NCBI GenBank assembly: GCA_964625265.1
Contig: CAZVAY010000001.1
Span: 1-38,857 of the forward strand
Source: an uncultured Sphingobacteriales bacterium
GTDB lineage: Bacteria; Bacteroidota; Bacteroidia; CAILMK01; JAAYUY01
DNA: 38,857 bases
Direction: 5' to 3'
The notes under the pieces were generated by a model. The model did not search any database. It was not told where the DNA came from and worked only from the letters and a program-made list of their open reading frames with translations. This document shows positions 35,152 to 38,857 of this stretch, piece after piece (position 1 is the stretch's first letter; each line of letters starts with the position of its first letter). Made by a program: the position numbers and the translations under genes.

Positions 35152-37682
35152 TTCATCAAATTTTTCAAATCTTCTTCCTCTTTTCCCTGTTCGATCAAAT
35201 AACACTCAATTTTATCGTTTACCTGAAATTCCTTAAAAGGTATTTGCATCTGATAAGATTTAATATTCTTTTGTTGTTTCTGTTCTGTCATTATATCGAG
35301 AACTTTCTTTTTGTAGGTAGTGTCAATGTTACCAAGAAGATGTTCTCCTTTGCTTTCAATGATGTAAACCAATTCCAAATGATTCTCTGCTGTCTTTTTC
35401 GCTGCCACAAAGTCAGGTCTGATTTTATTCTGCTGCCAGCCTTGTATTGAGTACCATTTTCTGTTTACTTTATTCCTGAACCACCAAAGTATCTTTTCCT
35501 GTTTATCAAGTAAGTCGCCAACTTTCCTTTCAAGCGTGTTCATTGCTGTTACTTCAACATCTTCGAACAAATAATATTTGTAAGTGCTTGGAATTGGGCT
35601 TACTGTTATTACGTCTTCTTTTGGAACTTTGACCCCGACTGTATCATCATCGGATACAGCAAGAACAAGATTTTGGGCTTTTAATTCTTCCAAAAATATT
35701 TCTTCTTCCTGTTTTGTCTTTTCGTCCTGAAACTTTTTACATAGCTGAGAAACAATGAAACTGTAATGTTCTTTAAGTTTTTCCTGGCCTATCTTTTCTT
35801 CAATTTGTGATAAGTATTTCGTTCCGATAATTCTTGCCAAAAATGGATTTTCAATTAATTCATTCAGTCTGCGTGTTAAGTAATCAATATTAATTTCTGC
35901 CTTTCCGTTTGTTTGGCTTTGTTCTTCAACAAATGACGCTTTACTCGAATCATCAAGAGTAATGGCAAATGCTTTCCTTTCTTTTGTCTCGTTACTTAAT
36001 GTATTTTCAAGTTTAGTTAAAAACTCATCATCTAATTCGACTTTTGAAAAATCAATTTTGGGCTTAATATCCAGTTCATAGCTAAATCTTCGTTTTTTCC
36101 CTTCTTTATCAACCATTACCCAAACAGGCAAATAAAATGAATGCTGAAATTTCTCGCTGAACTCTCTTTTTATCTTTACTGTTTTGGTAGCGTTTATGGC
36201 TTCATTATCCCGGAATTTCAATTTTGTAACCAGGTCTTCAAGACCTTCATTTTTGAATCCGGTTGAAACCCTGTCTAAAATTTCTCGTGTATCGCCTTTC
36301 GTGTAATAAACATAACTCTCGTCAAGTTCTTTAACACCTGATTTTCTTGCAAACGGTTGTCGTAAAATTCTACCGACCAATTGGGTAACTCCTGTATTTG
36401 AATTCACATTTGGAATAATTCCCAGTATGTAGGCAAAAGAGAAATCCCAACCTTCACGCAATGCTTCTTTTGTAATGATAAAGCGCACAGGACAACCCTG
36501 CGAAAACAGGTTTACATCTTCAATATCATTTTGCGAACTTGTTTTAATTGCAATTTCATCGGGGTTTACTTCTAAGCTAACCAAATATTCTTTAACGTCA
36601 AGACTGTGAACTCTTCCTTTCCCTCTTTGGTCTTTGCCTGTTGCTTCAACTTGCAATAATGCAGTTGGACGAATATAAACGCCTGTATCTTTTTGATATT
36701 GCTTAGCAGTTTCTTCTAATTTTTCCCGATGTTCTTTGATTTCCTTTACCATCGCTTTCCAGTCGTTCTCCTGCTTGCTGATGGGAGGGAGAATGTGCAT
36801 GTCGAGTTTTACCATTTCCTCCTCTTTAAGCTCAAGGCCTGTAATGGTAACTAAAACATTCATTTCGGCTTTTGGCGTAGCAGAAAAACCAAGAACAAAT
36901 TCGGGATTTAAACTATCAATAGTTTTCCGGGCATTTTCAGAAAATACCTTGTGAATTTCATCAATAATTATAAATGGTTTTGAAATGCGGATTGCGTTTC
37001 CTAGACTTGTCATTATTAAAGGTTGTTCTGTGCCAAGTGGTGAAATATAATCAAGGTTTGGAACTTGCTTCAATAACTGTTCGTGCAAGTCGTAACGATT
37101 ATCGGCAGGGAAAAAACTGTCATAGCCGCCACTGTCCTGAAAAACTTTTAACGCTTCTTTTCCATTTTTGCGACTTATGGACTGAATCATAACGAACAGA
37201 ACAACCAAATTTTCTTCAATATCATGGGTTGTTAACCGTTGTCCTTTTTCCAGGATAATAGTTCGGTTTCCGCTACATTGGTCTAATAACTGGCGTAAGG
37301 GATTTCCCTTGTCCCTGATTTTTTGAACTGTTTGGCTGTAAATAGTCTCGCTCGGAACAATCCATACCACAAGCCCCGTGCGTTTTTGAGCAAAAAGGTT
37401 TTGATATTCACGAATTGATTCAACGGCAAGCAAAGTTTTTCCGCCACCTGTCGGCACTTTAATTATCATTCTTGGATAACTATTCCCTAGTCCGTTTGTG
37501 CATCGGTCTATATATTCCAGACTGCTTGTTTGAAAAGTTGTTTGCACCCAATTTAAAGTATGACGCATAGTTGAAGGCAGTGCCTGTTTCGCAATGTCAA
37601 ACGATGTTTTGGTATCACGGGCTGTTTGCAGAAACTGCTTGAGTGCGTTTACAACTTTTATCTGGTATTTTTTCAGGTACAT
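35148..37682 (-). CDS. type III restriction Res-like protein: N-terminal SF2 helicase/ATPase plus C-terminal PD-(D/E)xK nuclease motif
   Basis: 844 aa. Helicase motif I is VPTGGGKT (aa 76-83, about 37434-37457), motif II IIIDEIH (aa 238-244), motif III FSATP (aa 266-270), a motif V-like TKEALREGWD, and motif VI QLVGRILRQP (aa 434-443). The C-terminus WWFRN..GW..IRPDF-x17-IIESKGE has D757/E776/K778 (35349-35414), as in type III Res endonuclease domains. Confidence 0.75.
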   Translation of the reverse strand: MYLKKYQIKVVNALKQFLQTARDTKTSFDIAKQALPSTMRHTLNWVQTTFQTSSLEYIDRCTNGLGNSYPRMIIKVPTGGGKTLLAVESIREYQNLFAQKRTGLVVWIVPSETIYSQTVQKIRDKGNPLRQLLDQCSGNRTIILEKGQRLTTHDIEENLVVLFVMIQSISRKNGKEALKVFQDSGGYDSFFPADNRYDLHEQLLKQVPNLDYISPLGTEQPLIMTSLGNAIRISKPFIIIDEIHKVFSENARKTIDSLNPEFVLGFSATPKAEMNVLVTITGLELKEEEMVKLDMHILPPISKQENDWKAMVKEIKEHREKLEETAKQYQKDTGVYIRPTALLQVEATGKDQRGKGRVHSLDVKEYLVSLEVNPDEIAIKTSSQNDIEDVNLFSQGCPVRFIITKEALREGWDFSFAYILGIIPNVNSNTGVTQLVGRILRQPFARKSGVKELDESYVYYTKGDTREILDRVSTGFKNEGLEDLVTKLKFRDNEAINATKTVKIKREFSEKFQHSFYLPVWVMVDKEGKKRRFSYELDIKPKIDFSKVELDDEFLTKLENTLSNETKERKAFAITLDDSSKASFVEEQSQTNGKAEINIDYLTRRLNELIENPFLARIIGTKYLSQIEEKIGQEKLKEHYSFIVSQLCKKFQDEKTKQEEEIFLEELKAQNLVLAVSDDDTVGVKVPKEDVITVSPIPSTYKYYLFEDVEVTAMNTLERKVGDLLDKQEKILWWFRNKVNRKWYSIQGWQQNKIRPDFVAAKKTAENHLELVYIIESKGEHLLGNIDTTYKKKVLDIMTEQKQQKNIKSYQMQIPFKEFQVNDKIECYLIEQGKEEEDLKNLMK

Positions 37683-37683
37683 A

Positions 37684-38685
37684 TTATTTCTTTTTCCCTA
37701 ATTTCTTTAATTCCCGTTCAATCATTTTCATGGCTTCCGCATCGGTTGAAGCAATTTGCTTTTTTTCGAATTTCTCAAATTCCTTTTCAGCAAGTTCCAC
37801 TGCCAGATGATGAGAAATTTTGCCTGCATCCAGTAATATCTGTTTTTCATTTAAAGTTAGAAAGTCGTGCAATTTCTTTTCCCAGTCAGCCATATACATG
37901 GGTTTTCGTTTGCGGGCTTGCAATTCGGCAAAGCTAAGGTACTGGTCAACAATCAGGTTTAATTCTGTTAATTCATCCTGGGTTAAATAATTTTTAGCAA
38001 CAGAAACATCAGTTTTTCTGATTTTTCCCTTCGGACTGTTTTTCCATGAAGTCAATCCCATGTTTGGTTTATCCGCGTTTGCCCTGTTGTATATTACTTC
38101 GGCTGCGGTATGCCCATGTATTGCCCAATGCATTTTATTTTGCACCGAGGCAAAAAACAGTTGTGCCTGTTCGCTGTTGGGCGAATAGTCAATACTTGTT
38201 GCATAAATATCTTTAATTTTTGCATAGAAAATTTTCTCAGAACTTCGGATATCCCTGATTCTCTCAAGAAGTTCATCAAAATATTGGTTGGTGTGCCCGG
38301 TTTCTTTCAGTCGTTCATCGTTCAGTACAAAACCTTTAATTAAAAACTCTTTGAGTTGCTGGGTCGCCCAAATCCTGAACTGCGTCCCACGGTGTGATTT
38401 TACACGGTAACCAACAGAAATAATTACATCGAGGTTAAAAAATTTGGTTCTGTATTTTTTGCCATCTGAGGCAGTTGTCAAGTATTCCTTTACAACTGAA
38501 TCTTCTTCCAGTTCGCCCTCGCTGAAAATATTACGGATATGCAGACTGATGTTTTGTTTGGTGGTTTGGAATAGTTGAACCATTTGTGATTGTGTAAGCC
38601 AAACGGTTTCATTTTCCAAACGGACCTCAACTTTCGTTTGACCGTCTTCGGTTTGATATAGCAGTATTTCTGTATTTTCTTTCAT
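37684..38685 (-). CDS. RhuM-family protein (function unknown; R-M-associated)
   Basis: 333 aa. N-terminal LLYQTEDGQTKVEVRLENETVWLTQSQMVQLFQTTKQNISLHIRNIF is followed by the core LDVIISVGYRVKSHRGTQFRIWATQQLKEFLIKGFVLNDERLK and HWAIHGHTAAEVI. This matches the RhuM family as I recall it. The stop TAA is 1 nt from the Res-like ATG. Confidence 0.8.
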   Translation of the reverse strand: MKENTEILLYQTEDGQTKVEVRLENETVWLTQSQMVQLFQTTKQNISLHIRNIFSEGELEEDSVVKEYLTTASDGKKYRTKFFNLDVIISVGYRVKSHRGTQFRIWATQQLKEFLIKGFVLNDERLKETGHTNQYFDELLERIRDIRSSEKIFYAKIKDIYATSIDYSPNSEQAQLFFASVQNKMHWAIHGHTAAEVIYNRANADKPNMGLTSWKNSPKGKIRKTDVSVAKNYLTQDELTELNLIVDQYLSFAELQARKRKPMYMADWEKKLHDFLTLNEKQILLDAGKISHHLAVELAEKEFEKFEKKQIASTDAEAMKMIERELKKLGKKK

Positions 38686-38719
38686 CCAGGCATATTGTTG
38701 AGTTCAACAAAATGGTTAA

Positions 38720-38857
38720 TTACCTCCTTTGAAATAAATTATAAGGAATTCCCACATAATCAATCTGATTGTCGCTTAAATATTCCTCATCCAAAAAGCA
38801 TGACGGTGCATAAACAATCCTCTTTTTACCCGGTTGCTGCTGTTTAATTTTTTCGGC
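38720..38857 (-). CDS. 3' end (last 45 codons) of a gene continuing beyond the window; possibly the Mod DNA methyltransferase of the cassette
   Basis: The minus-strand frame is open from the window edge: AEKIKQQQPGKKRIVYAPSCFLDEEYLSDNQIDYVGIPYNLFQRR, with stop TAA at 38720-38722. The tail resembles C-termini of type III/N6-N4 methyltransferases as I recall them. Its position directly upstream of a Res-like gene fits Mod. Identity is an inference from 45 aa plus context. Confidence 0.35.
   Translation of the reverse strand, partial: AEKIKQQQPGKKRIVYAPSCFLDEEYLSDNQIDYVGIPYNLFQRR

Noticed and set aside
35152-35205. 18-aa N-terminal extension of the small ORF (track start 35205)
   Set aside because: It lies inside the Res-like gene. 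The internal ATG at 35151 forms the ATGA stop/start overlap used elsewhere in this window.
295-38343. All remaining short ORF-track entries (60-151 aa) nested inside or antisense to the larger genes, e.g. 295-525, 927-1127, 1691-1942, 2500-2876, 3273-4005, 6251-6627, 12056-12573, 17441-17924, 18284-18941, 19568-22615, 23785-24397, 26266-27073, 28057-28413, 29256-30218, 31820-33760, 35244-35450, 36736-37192, 38094-38343
   Set aside because: Each is fully contained in a longer ORF with clear family signatures. None showed a recognisable motif, signal peptide or independent start context.
38723-38728. AGGAGG immediately before the stop of the partial upstream gene, considered as an SD for rhuM
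   Set aside because: It lies 37 nt from the rhuM ATG, too far to act as an SD. It simply encodes the terminal Arg-Arg.
1-38857. Visual search for CRISPR arrays, rRNA/tRNA genes, IS elements, transposase/integrase/recombinase ORFs, reverse transcriptases and long tandem repeats
   Set aside because: None was found. The only repeats noticed are the short ones reported above. A covariance-model scan (tRNAscan-SE, Infernal/Rfam) would be needed to exclude small ncRNAs formally.

Overview
This 38.9-kb chromosomal segment has the hallmarks of a Bacteroidota genome. Three proteins end in T9SS-type C-terminal sorting domains, several genes have TAnnTTTG -7 boxes, Shine-Dalgarno sequences are almost absent, and DUF4834 and bS22-like micro-genes are present. 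There are about 30 genes, mostly on the minus strand and tightly packed, with several ATGA stop/start overlaps. Core content, left to right: a partial AEC permease, a TIGR01212 radical SAM protein, ogt, a secreted FG-GAP/ASPIC protein, recA and a secreted S1/P1-like nuclease. Next come a TM-less multi-PAS/GAF histidine kinase preceded by a haem-c (CxxCH) DUF3365-type membrane sensor, a YfhO-like membrane protein and an exosortase-family protein. These are followed by HU, a 30-aa bS22-like gene that is missing from the ORF track, RNase G, a COG1579 zinc-ribbon/Nif3 pair, TamB, tsaD, YqgE/AlgH and DoxX. The last core block is three peptidases (M3-like, M43 with T9SS CTD, M20), a SPOR protein, deoC and secA. 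The right end (about 34.9-38.9 kb) is a visibly AT-richer restriction-like cassette. It holds the C-terminal tail of a probable DNA methyltransferase (cut by the window edge), a RhuM-family gene, an 844-aa Res-type SF2 helicase with a C-terminal PD-(D/E)xK motif, and a translationally coupled 71-aa basic ORF. This cassette is the best candidate for an unusual or undescribed defence arrangement. Secondary candidates are the split haem-sensor/kinase pair and the orphan exosortase next to YfhO. No rRNA, tRNA, CRISPR array, transposase or integrase was recognised. All family calls come from reading the translations and recalling family signatures; no searches were run.
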